Assembly (NCBI RefSeq): GCF_001194135.2
Contig: NC_069001.1
Coordinates: 39,086,730 to 39,147,880 of the forward strand
Direction: 5' to 3'
From: Octopus bimaculoides
Taxonomy: Eukaryota
Length of the DNA: 61,151 nucleotides
Of the stretch, positions 49,867-61,151 are shown in pieces; within the stretch, counting starts at the first letter, position 1, and each line of letters begins with the position of its first letter. A model generated the notes under the pieces. That model saw nothing but the letters and a program-made list of their open reading frames with translations. It was not told the DNA's origin and did no database searches. Position numbers and translations under genes: made by a program.

Positions 49867-50904
49867 TAACACCAAACAAGATGAGGTCAAACGTATTATA
49901 TAATGTCCATAATTCCTCATCTCTTAGATATAGAACTATGTGTTTATAGATTTTAACGAATACTGTAACTCTATAGACAGACATAAACAACAGTTCTGTT
50001 TATATAATATTTTAGTGTTTGATGTACATACAAACCCAGAGGAATAGGTATACATTACATATACGCACATACACGCAGATTGTGTATATCTATCTACCTA
50101 TCTATTTATACATATCTACTTAAATTCGCACACATACATCACAAAATACACACGTACACATACACGCACAAGTATACACATATTTGAAAGCAATATAGTG
50201 ATCATAAATGAAGAGTTATTAATGTAGATGAAGTCATGTTAATTAGAAGTAACAATTAATTAAAATTATAAATAAAAAAATACATTCCATCGAGCAGCAT
50301 TTTTATTTCTTTTCAGAATTTATTTGAAATATTTAAACCAAATTATGTTAAAATGTCAGCCGAGTTTAGGAAATATAACATTTTCTAGAATATTCTCCAA
50401 TAAAAGATAAGTATCAAATTATTAATATGTAGTCTAAATACCACGTTTAATACTGATCGTTTGGTGCATGTAGCGAAGTTCACTCTGCGCTTGCATTTAG
50501 GCCTGAACTCTGATTTGAGGAAAACATTCCTCTATTGTAACCCATGTCATGAGCCGTTCCCTCTTTCATAAATGCCAAGGAAACGTTACATAACACACAC
50601 ATTTGTCGTGGTGAGCAGCTGGGGATTAATATCTCAGCATATTACTGCTACTTAATTTATTGAAAAGAAAGTCGCATGTTTCTCTCAAAGAAATCCAAAC
50701 GATTGAATACAACTCACAGGGTATACATTACGACACTTGGCCTAATCTGACAAGCGACCGTCATCCCTTTAAATGTTATTAATTAGCTGTAATTAAATCG
50801 GTTTATGTTGGACATGTGTCTAATATATGGAGGGGCTGAGGGGAAGGTAGTTGTGTCAAATAAACTCACACTTGCCTGACATCTTTTCAGACTTTATGAA
50901 AGAC

Positions 50905-50990
50905 AGCTTTGGCAAAAGCAGGATTTGAACTCTGAACATAAAGTAACGTATTTAAATACCACAAGGTATTTAGTCCGGTTCCATTTAATC
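50905..50990 (-). mobile_element. Degenerate SINE family A fragment
   Basis: aggatttgaactctgaacataaag..aaataccacaaggtattt resembles the family A head on the minus strand. Confidence 0.5.
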
Positions 50991-51084
50991 CTTCTGTCAC
51001 TGAACTCCCTCCCAACAACCACATCCCCGTTTCAGCTGTCATAAACGAATACAACAAATAGAATTTAATATTTCATGCTCATGC

Positions 51085-51390
51085 ATGGTCCTCATGTCTA
51101 CTGCCACTCCGTCGGTTACGACGACGACGAACATTTCAGCTGATCCGATCGACGGAACAGCCTGCTCGTGCAATGAACGTGCAAGTGGCTGAGCACTCCA
51201 CAGACACGTCTACCCCTTAATGTAGTTCTCAGGGAGATTCAGCGCGACATGGAATGCCACAAGGCTGGCTCCGCTTTGAATTACCGGTACAACTCATGTT
51301 TGCCAGCTGAGTGGACTGGAAGTGAAATGAAGAGTCTTGCTCAAGGACACAACGCGCTGCCGGGTACTCATGATCTTAAAATCGCGAGGT
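51085..51390 (-). mobile_element. tRNA-derived SINE (family C)
   Basis: tgccactccgtcggttacgacgac..gatccgatcgacggaacagcctgctcgtg..gcaagtggctgagcactccacagacacg..gtcttgctcaaggacacaacgcg. It shares a body with 54380-54740 and 57270-57470 and a CORE-like end with 36470-36812. Confidence 0.85.
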
Positions 51391-52205
51391 AAATACTCCG
51401 AGCCAACGGTCATCCTTTGGAATGCAAAGGAGCTGGTGTAGGATTCTTAGGCTCATAAACTTGCTTCATATGATGATAAACCTTTTTACAGTCATTAGCA
51501 AACATACGCACGGACGGACATACGTACATACATACATACATACAAATAGACTCACTCAAAAACACTTCATTATGTAATTCGAGTTTTCTATGCCTTTACT
51601 GAAATTGCAGATGTGCAAGAGCAGAAGTGGTTGTTCAGAAATAGTCTTCAGGTGGAAGAAGGTACAAAACGATGGGGGAGGTGGTGTAAAGAGGGGGAGG
51701 AGGAGGAAGGGGGAACAAATGGGAGGAAGATGATTGTGAGAAGAGAGGTTTGAAGTATTGAGAGAAATGTGTGTGGATGTGTGCGCGTGAGAGCACTTAC
51801 ACATATAAAAAGACATACAGACACACTCACACACACACACATACATATCTATATGTGAGTATGTGTATGTATGCACATACAGTCTACGATTCTTCTTCTT
51901 CTATGTATTGCTGAAACTACCATTATGTTCGTGTTTAATCTCTTTTATTCAACATTTTCATATTTCCTTATCAAGAACAACAAGGAAACGCTCATAGTAG
52001 TCGCAAAAAAAGAAAAGAAAGAAAGAGACAACACAGAACCAAAACTACTTTACATTCAAACACAACCGTGTCTTCAATGCATTTATACAAACATACACAC
52101 ACATACATCTACATAAAATAAGTGTTTATATATACATGTGTGTGTAAGTGTGTGTTTGATAAGATATTACATTACAATATATGTATGCCATAATATATAT
52201 ACATA

Positions 52206-52290
<85 letters not shown>

Positions 52291-52635
52291 GTGTATATTG
52301 ATACACACACACAGCAATCACATAACACACGCACACATATATGTACATCTGTTTTGCTATCTATCTATCTATCTATCTCTCTCTTTCTCTCTCTCTCTAT
52401 ATATATATACACACACACACACACAAACATATGTGTATGTCTGCGTGTGTGTGTTTTTGTGTATGTATGCGTCAACTAGACATACCTGAATATCGCAAGT
52501 CAACTCTTAATACATCTAATCATGTTATTTATTTATTCACTAACATGATATAAATAATCTAGTTATCAGTAATGTCTATGTGGAACGAATGAATGTTGGA
52601 TGCACTCAATTACTTAAAATGTTTTATACACTTAC

Positions 52636-52687
<52 letters not shown>

Positions 52688-53199
52688 ACATCATATTAAT
52701 ATATATTTATGTGTCGTCGACTACTTAATTCTTCAGCCAGTGTTGTGAGACACAGCTTCCTGAGAATCCACGTTATAAGTAGCTGAATGCTGTCGTTGGT
52801 TAAATATAAATTTTAGTAAGGAGACGATTTGAAAGCATTTATGTTCACCTGCAACAATACTCAGGTAAAATAAAACACCTCTATTTCGGTTAATTAGACG
52901 AGATATTTAAGAAGACAAAGTAAGATGTCTGCGATTGATTAATTTGGTAACTAAAACACTGAAATTCAATGCAATATTTTCATGTGACGATTCTCGTTAT
53001 TCACTGAGAGTGCGCTACAGCTAATAAGAAAATGTTTTTGGCTACATCGTAGCGAATAACTAAACGTAAATAATGAATCGTTGAGATAACCTTAATTAGA
53101 GAATATGTGTATGACTATGCCTCATATATATGAAGATACCGTGAGAAAATCCAATATGCCAGTAGTTGTAGTAGTAGTAATAATAATAATAATAATAAA

Positions 53200-53775
53200 T
53201 CTTATAACTCAACTAGTTATAATACGATTCATTATAAGAACCTTACCAAACACAATAACTACACACAGTCAAAAACCTAGATAATAGAATCCCAAACTAT
53301 AAGGTAAGACTAACCAAACCCAGACACATTAGAATAAAACATGAGTTAAAGAAAATTTGTAATAGGCTACAAATTTAACAACTACCGCCACAAAATCCAA
53401 ATGCCGCTCCAAGCACTCAGACAAACAGAACTAACCGAAAATATAAAGACCATGACGTCCTTTGGTCTGGAACTCCAGTCTGGAACTCTAACATCTCATC
53501 TAAGATCGCGAAACAATTTCTCACCGCACTTGATCGCTGCTTCCCTAAAATGGAGTGTACAGCAACATATTCAACCATCACATTGTAAAACTATCCAATG
53601 GAAATTCATCAAACTTAGGGCACCATATTCTTAGGATTAACAAATGTAAACTAAGATGAAGATTAGTCAGCACTCAAAATAACCTTGTCGACATCAACCA
53701 TAATTCACATGGCCAGCCTAAAGACAACGTTTATAACTCGAATTATGCTACTAACCAACAGAACAATAATTACAA
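53200..53775 (+). mobile_element. Penelope-like element remnant (RT-EN linker to start of GIY-YIG)
   Basis: VLWSGTPVWNSNISSKIAKQFLTALDRCFPK matches IIWFNPP.S.NV.TNI.K.FL.L.DKHFP. Later HGQPKDNVYNS resembles the G.C..NVVY lead-in to GIY-YIG. Confidence 0.75.
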
Positions 53776-54379
53776 TATGTGTGTGTGTATATATGTATAT
53801 GTATGTGTGCGTGTGTGTATAAGGACAATATATATAGATATACATATATCTACATATTCATCCGTGCGCATCTACGTTTTTTTTGTAGGTGTATGTATAT
53901 ATTAGTGTGAATTTGTTTATACGTGTACGCGGGCGTATGTTTATAAGTGTAAATGCATATATGTTTATATATATGTGTGTGTATATGTTTGTATATCCGT
54001 ATATATATTTACTTATGCGTACACGTACAGAATGACCAATCACAGATGCCTTGATTTCATTGGATGATATTTGAGCAAATTTCTATTCCTTTCAAACATT
54101 AAACTTCTACATTGATGCCTTCAAAACATCTCACACATCGCACGCGTGCACGCACATGTGCACTCGTGCATGCATACGCCTACCAACCAATGAAATCAAG
54201 GCATATCTGGATTATATATTTGCAGCCTTCCGCTCATCTGATCAAACGATTGCCATTTTCCGATTCCACACGTATTTGCTTGTATTATCGTTACGTGAAT
54301 GAATTTGCTTACGCCTGCTATTAGCTGCCTTATGTCTTCATTCCTTTTTCGTCTGAGAGAAATTAAGCATTGTAAAGGG

Positions 54380-54740
54380 TACTGCGAGGGTTCCAGATGA
54401 GGATCCCACCAACGGAACAGCTTGTTCGTGAAATTAACGTGCAAGTGGTTGAGCACTCTACAGACATACTTACCCTCAATATAGTTCTCAGGGAGATGAG
54501 CTTCGTGGAATCGGTATAGCTCTCGAAATTTTGAATGACACCACTCTGCTGGCCTGGCAGGAGGGCTAACATCCCCTCTTCAAGGGAATGCCAGTCTGTC
54601 GTAGGGTAACCCTTTTAAAGTGAAGGGGACTGACGCAATGTGAAATGGCGTGTTCTGCTCAAGAATACAGCGTACCACCAGTCTGGGAATCGAAACCAGT
54701 GTCTTGCGATAACAATCTAGCCACGAGGCCACGCGCATTC
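54380..54740 (-). mobile_element. tRNA-derived SINE (family C)
   Basis: aacggaacagcttgttcgtgaaattaacgtgcaagtggttgagcactc..ctgctcaagaatacag..ccagtctgggaatcgaaacc..tagccacgaggccacgcgc. Confidence 0.85.
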
Positions 54741-54747
54741 ATGCACA

Positions 54748-54869
<122 letters not shown>

Positions 54870-55237
54870 TACACACATTGGTATATGTATGTATCTGAAC
54901 ACAACTCTACATATACACACATGCAGACTTACAGTCAAATCCTGGCAATTAATCCCTAGCACGCTACTCTAAAAATCAAACACATATTACAGAAGTGGTG
55001 TTTATATAACATGTGTAAAACGCATCCCCAGTTGTTTGGCGAAACAATAAGAATTACATTAAAAACTAATGTATTTGCATTAATTTATATATGTGTATAT
55101 ATATGTATGTATGTATGCATGTACGTACATATAACAGTGTGTGTGTGTGTCTGTGCGTGTATGAATTCGTATATACTTATATCATGAGCATATGTATATA
55201 TACATATGTACTCATATATTTATATTATGTATATGCT

Positions 55238-55290
<53 letters not shown>

Positions 55291-55899
55291 TTATTCTTTT
55301 ATATTATGTGTATACTTATATATACACGTACACATGTGCTCTCGTGCATGGAAGCGGTAATTGTGAAGAAACGTTCCATCTTGGAATCTGTGACAAAATG
55401 ATTTAGGGAAGAAAGTCGATGCCGCAACTGGCACAGCAAGATGTCACCCGTGTTCCTGGCATATAAATATTGGGTTACTATGGTAACACTACTGTTTTAT
55501 TTCATTAGTTTCAAGGAAAATATATTTTATTCTGCATATTCTAGGACTAATTCTTCTTTACATACACCTGCAATCACTTGAAATTCACTTTCATTCCGCT
55601 GTCTTTATTTCTGCTGCTTTGCCCAGCAACTCACACTTAAAAATAAGCACTTATGCATACACTCAGACATGCATACATATTTACATAGCTTATTTATTAA
55701 AGTATATAGACACAAACATACATATAATTGCTGTTATGCTAAATTGCCGTATGTCCAAATTTGGCCAAAGGCGTTTTTTCAATGTTTACTTTTGCTTGCA
55801 ATAGCCGGTTCTTTTAGTCAAACTATCGTATCTCCAGCGGCTTCAGATGCCAAGATATCAAAAATTTTCAAAGTGTAGTACAACAGATTTGCTATGGAA

Positions 55900-55968
55900 T
55901 GGTCAAAAAGGCTTCATGCTCCAGTCTAGTCCCAGTCAAATCGGTGAAACAAGTAAATGAATAAAAGA
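55900..55968 (+). mobile_element. Family B SINE 3' tail fragment
   Basis: tgctccagtctagtcccagtcaaatcggtgaaacaagtaaatgaataaaag resembles the tail of the 59033-59218 copy. Confidence 0.55.
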
Positions 55969-55985
55969 AGAATGTATGTATGTAT

Positions 55986-56018
<33 letters not shown>

Positions 56019-56590
56019 ATATATATATAATACAGAATGGGACAAGAACGCAAAACATCCAGACATTTAGGTGATACAAGAAAGGGACAACAAAACATCC
56101 AGAGAGACGATTCAAGGAAAACAAGGACGGGTCATTCGGAGTTTTCTATTCTCAGTCGAGTTCCAGATTATCTTTGCAATTTCGACTGGTTATATTCGAG
56201 ATTGCTCCAATCTGGCCAGCCCCAAGGAAAAAGTAAGCTAGCTCGTCCTGTGTGGAAGGGGCTGGATTCTAACACAGGTACAAAGTTCCATGCTTAAAAT
56301 ATAACCAAAACAATGCCACATTTTGAACTTGAGAAAAGTCTTGCATATGTCATCCATTCCGCTTACAGATTGTATATGTACATATGAATGTAAATAGACA
56401 TACATGTACACACAAATACGTATCCTTATTTCTATACCTGTGTATGTGTGTGTGTGCGTGTGTGTTAGAAGGGTTTCTGATTGCTCCAGTCGTTCGAACT
56501 ATCGGAAACGTGAAATTAGATGTATCCCAATCTAGTTTTAGATATGGAGTATCTTTTCGTGTGGGTGTGTATATATATAATGTACTGTTC

Positions 56591-56649
<59 letters not shown>

Positions 56650-56653
<4 letters not shown>

Positions 56654-56990
56654 TACATGTCGAGCATTGAAAGGGAGGAAGAAATGGAGAAGAGATGTAG
56701 ACTTTACCTTTTGATATGAACTGACATCTCATAATGGAAATTCCAGGCAGAACCATTAAGAATCGAATAACCATTATTGGATGTTGTGCCATTTGCATCC
56801 ATGGGGAAGCAGGATAATCAGGGATCGATATATGGCATTTGTGGAGTGATCGGTGTGTGTGAGCTATTGATGAATTACCGAATGGTGACTTCACTGAAGA
56901 AGTGGCTTATCTCAATCTTTGTGGTCAGAGGATCAACGCGAAGATTAACCACTGACATCGATTGGAATTGTGGGATTGATACAGCACACG
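56650..56990 (+). mobile_element. Decayed RTE-like LINE post-RT remnant
   Basis: Mixed frames give FTF*YELTSHNGNS, TIKNRITI, RYMAFVE and LKKWL..RR..IDW, resembling FTYLGS.LT.DG.S..EIK.RI.I..Y.AFV..KKL..RR..I.W. Confidence 0.4.
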
Positions 56991-57129
56991 CACACACACA
57001 CACACACACACACAATCGCTGACACACGATACATATATTACACAAATCTATCTATCTACCTATTTGTCTGCCTGCCTGCCTACCTGCCTGTCTTGCCTGT
57101 CTGTCTGTCTCTGTCTGTCTCTGTCTGTC

Positions 57130-57241
<112 letters not shown>

Positions 57242-57269
57242 ACTAAGTGTATATATATCTATATACGTT

Positions 57270-57470
57270 CATACTCAGCTGGCAAAAATGTGTAGTACCT
57301 GCATTTCGTAGGGTCAGCCTTGTCACACTCTGTGTCACGCTGAATCTCCCGAGAACTACGTTAAAGGCACACGTGTCTCTGCTCAGATTTGCACGTAAAT
57401 TTCACGCTGTTCCGTTGATCGGATCAACTGGAGAACTCGTCGTCGTCGTAACCGACGGAGTGGCAGTTAT
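57270..57470 (+). mobile_element. SINE family C, 3' half
   Basis: Reverse complement of 51100-51310: cagccttgtcacac..gtcacgctgaatctcccgagaactac..gctgttccgttgatcggatcaactgg..cgtcgtcgtaaccgacggagtggcag. Confidence 0.88.
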
Positions 57471-57739
57471 ATGTGATGTACTGTATGATACATATTATTT
57501 TACAAAAGTTATCGTCAGAGAAGTATTGGGACATGCGCAGCGCAGTCAGGTAGTATAAAATTAACAAATCAGAGTAGCTTTATTTATGTCTCTTGTTGAG
57601 AAATGGATTTAGTCTGATAAGGACGGATCGTTTCAAAATCACATCGTGACTCTATAAACCAAATTAGACAGATATAGAGGTTTCTAATATAGACTGATGA
57701 ACAGTTTTGTGGGGAGAGGTTTAAGCGATCGTACCTATC

Positions 57740-58065
57740 CCCATTACTTGATTGATAGCTTGTCTTATAGACCCTACAGAATTTAAAATTAAAGTTTTCT
57801 TCGTCGAGGTTTCAAGTCAAGCCGTAAAGATCCCAAACAAATACCGCAAACCATTTCTTTATAACTCATTAACAAATAAGAGTTCCTGACCTAAGCACAA
57901 GGCCAGCAAGCTTTGAGGGGAGGGCCTTTATCATTTTTTTTTTTATATCAACTCCAGAGATTGACATGTTTTATAGACTTCGGCAGTCAAAACGCAAAGA
58001 GCTGGAACTAACAGCGCATCTCATTTATTTCGATGCTCCACCGATTCTACCAGTTCGCCGCCTTA
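57740..58065 (-). mobile_element. Two degenerate SINE family A copies in tandem
   Basis: 57740-57860 is a decayed centre. 57890-58065 reads cctaagcacaaggccagc..ccgattctaccagttcgccgcctta. Confidence 0.7.
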
Positions 58066-58334
58066 TATAAGATGTATATCTATAAATAATAATACAAGTG
58101 TTTCCGACAGCATCGAAATAGACAGACACGAAGTATTCTTAAACTGCTGGGTCAGCAGTGCTAAGCATCTTTCACCAAATATTTGAAGTGTTTCTGAAAT
58201 TCTGAAATTAAATCATCATCATCGTCGTCATCATCGTCATCATCATTATTATTGTAGTTCTGGTTTTCTTTTATATCATCAAAAGAAATATTCTAGTTTC
58301 TTTTAATATTATGTATTTCTGGAGGAACTGATCA

Positions 58335-58382
<48 letters not shown>

Positions 58383-58894
58383 TATATTTGTTTGACTCTG
58401 TTTACATATGCCATCTTTGCTTCATTTAAAGAACAGATTTTGGAGTCGGGTGAATCCATTTTGATATTGACAAAACATGTTTAGAAATATGGTCTATGGA
58501 ATTGGTTCACAAAACAGAAAGTATTTCCATCCACAAAGACTCCTATTTATTGTCTCAGCTGTCTTCTCGTTTATTGGTTCTACAAGTTGATATTCTTTCT
58601 AAAAGACGATGAAGGACAAAAACACTATCTTGCCGGATTAAATTACTGAAAAGTTGTCCACTGACGCTCCGGCTATTTCTATATTTACATATCTTCTAAG
58701 TACTTCCACACACATTCTCAGTTCAACTTCCACCCTATTCCCTGTGTTATTTGTCTCCAACCCCACCCCAAGTACATTTTATTAATTTGGGAGGAATGGA
58801 GAGGGTTTGGGTTAGGGTTGACTCCGGGAGGTAAAGTCGAGAAGATTTAAAATATGAATTCTGGAATATATCAGCGAAGGACTTTAGACCTTTA

Positions 58895-59006
<112 letters not shown>

Positions 59007-59032
59007 TGTGTGTGTTTGTCCTCACACCATTA

Positions 59033-59218
59033 CTTGACAACCAATGTTGGTGTGTTTACGTCCCCGTAAGTTAGCTGTTCGGCCAAAGAGACGGGTAGAA
59101 TAAGTATTAGGGTTACAAAGAATAAGCCCTAGGGTAGATTTTTTTGAACTAAAAACCTTCAAGGCACTGCTCCAGAATGTCCGCAGTCAAATGACTGAAA
59201 CAAGTAAACAAATAAGAC
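59033..59218 (+). mobile_element. Family B SINE 3' half
   Basis: cttgacaaccaatgttggtgtgtttacgtccccgtaagttag..gtagaataagta..gctccagaatgtccgcagtcaaatgactgaaacaagtaaa is the reverse complement of 49385-49545. Confidence 0.9.
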
Positions 59219-59329
59219 GTATACATAGAGATGTAAATATATATACTTATATATGCCTATATATAAACATACACACACCTACATATGCATAAACACATAT
59301 ATAAATATATATATATATATGTATGTATA

Positions 59330-59349
<20 letters not shown>

Positions 59350-59361
<12 letters not shown>

Positions 59362-59384
59362 GAATTATATATATATATATAATG

Positions 59385-59416
<32 letters not shown>

Positions 59417-59485
59417 ATATATATATATATATATAGAATTATATATATATATATAATGCTATCTATCTATCTATCTATCTATCTA
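59350..59485. repeat. Local tandem duplication of a compound (AT)n-gaatt-(AT)n-aatgc-(TATC)n unit
   Basis: gaattatatatatatataatgctatctatctatc occurs at about 59362 and about 59436. Confidence 0.85.
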
Positions 59486-59653
59486 AATATACATATATAC
59501 ATACATACACATAATTGCTGCCAGGAATATCTCTCTCTCTTCTACTTACCATGTTCCATTTGTAAATACCATTTCTCTGAGTAGAAATCAAAATTGTTCT
59601 GTAGAAGGTTATCCGATGTCAGAGCGTTCCAATTATAGAAGATACAGCGAATG

Positions 59654-59695
<42 letters not shown>

Positions 59696-60519
59696 CGTGT
59701 GCGTATATATATAAATACCTGTGTATATATATGTATATTCCTCTACACTGTATAGAAATTTCTGTGCATTTAATTATATTTCAGTTCAAGATTGCACCAA
59801 GACACATCGTATTGCAGAATGAAATATAAATGCTTTTATAAATACGCCCATATGCACCCTCATACAGACCCACATACACCCACATGCATACACAAGAACA
59901 CATAAGTGCAAGCACAGACGTACATAAATACATAGATGCATATATTCATGTAATTATACAAGTATGAACGTGTTTGTGTGTGTGTGTGTGTATGCATGTA
60001 CATATATTCATTTTTATATATGTGTATATATATATGTTTGCGTGTTTAATAGAACAAATACGAAAAATAGAACCCAGTAGATGAAATATGTGCATGCACA
60101 CATACACACACACACACGTGCATGTTCTATATATTTTAATCACCAAAAAGTTAAAAAGTGACAGAAAGGCCAGGAGTTTCGTGTAGGTCACTTACTAAAA
60201 TTTTGGTAAATGCCTTGAAGGAAAATCCCGGCCCTTGAGAGACCCAGTATCGTTCTGTCGATAAAAACAAATATAAAAATGCACACACACACACCTTTCT
60301 ATTTAGTTTGAACTCGTAACTTTCCCAACTACCCTGTGCACCAGCTGTTAAAAGTGAGAGTAGCCAGAGCCTGACAGAGCCAAAATAGAAATAAAGAGAC
60401 ATACCCAGAATTAGATTTTTATCCAAGATATTTAAATGAACAAGTAAAACGTATCATCAGATGTAAAATGATACGTCTAACAGAAATGTCTGATTCAAAG
60501 CAGCCTGGCACCATGAAAC

Positions 60520-61151
60520 CAGCCATGGAAGATAATCTTTCCACTCCCACAGATGGACAGACAGACAGAACGGTTAAATTCGCCTAGCAGTAAGCAAAAT
60601 TCCAACAATTTAGCTGGATTCCATACCTAAACTGTACAAAGAGCAGATCAGCAAAAAATTCTGGATGCTTGCAAGTTATTTGGGATGATACATTTGAACA
60701 GGTCCTCGACAATAATTTCAATGACAGGTCATACAACAGCAGTTTGAGTAAAGAACGCTGTAAATAAGAGTTGGTGGCAGTAAACGAAATAGTAAACAAA
60801 TATCTGAAGACTTCGCTGTCCAGAGGTATGAAAGCAACATACGAAACCATTAAACTTTTTATATATGTCTTAAGTATTACATTAATAGTTTATCGCAAAG
60901 AGCTGAAACCAAGCAATCAAAATTCAAATAGAAACCCTGAACTAGCATGGGCACGGAACTCAAGAAACAAAATTTTATTCTTGTAAAGAAGTATATCACA
61001 GATCGTTGTTGTTAAGAACAACATCATACATCAGGAAGATCTCAAAAGATAACTAGAGAGACGATTTGATGATACATTATTCAGAACCATAAATTCCAAA
61101 CTGCATCAGCTGAAACAAGAACTCACGGTTACAGCTGAAAAACCAATATAT
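60520..61151 (+). mobile_element. Probable N-terminal ORF region of an R4/Dong-like element running off the window end
   Basis: IPKLY..ELVAVNEIVNKYL..YETIKLFIY..PELAWARNSRNKILFL*RSISQI..KLHQLKQELTVTAEK resembles the pre-RT region of R4-clade ORFs (P.W..R...KI..LR..I and LKQ.L...A.K). Confidence 0.5.

Noticed and set aside
56100-56165. ctgaga..ccgaa on the minus strand as a possible fourth hammerhead
   Set aside because: The core deviates (no CUGAnGA or GAAA match) and the stems do not form.
57270-57295. atactcagctggcaaaaatgtg resembles miR-216
   Set aside because: The seed region differs, there is no hairpin partner, and it is part of a family C SINE.

Overview
AT-rich eukaryotic DNA dominated by microsatellites, with 11 assembly gaps (about 4.1 kb of N). 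The tRNA-derived SINE families and the density of (AT)n/(AC)n/(AG)n/(ATAC)n/(ATCT)n repeats look like a coleoid cephalopod, probably Octopus; this is my inference. I found no intact host protein-coding gene, rRNA, true tRNA or CRISPR array. Almost every ORF in the supplied track is a translation of simple repeats or N runs, so the window reads as intergenic or deep intronic sequence. The recognisable content is decayed mobile DNA: at least four Penelope-like element (PLE) remnants, three with hammerhead-ribozyme-like cores at their 3' ends; two R4/Dong-like non-LTR remnants; CR1/L2-like and RTE/BovB-like LINE pieces; a Helitron helicase remnant and a separate Helitron-like 3' end; a MITE-like element; and about 20 SINE copies. 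Several non-repetitive islands rich in transcription-factor-like motifs may be cis-regulatory. The best lead is at 49.0-49.9 kb: a PLE 3' end joined to a tRNA-like Pol III head and then a hammerhead-like core, split by a later SINE insertion. All family assignments come from manual translation and remembered motifs, not database searches.
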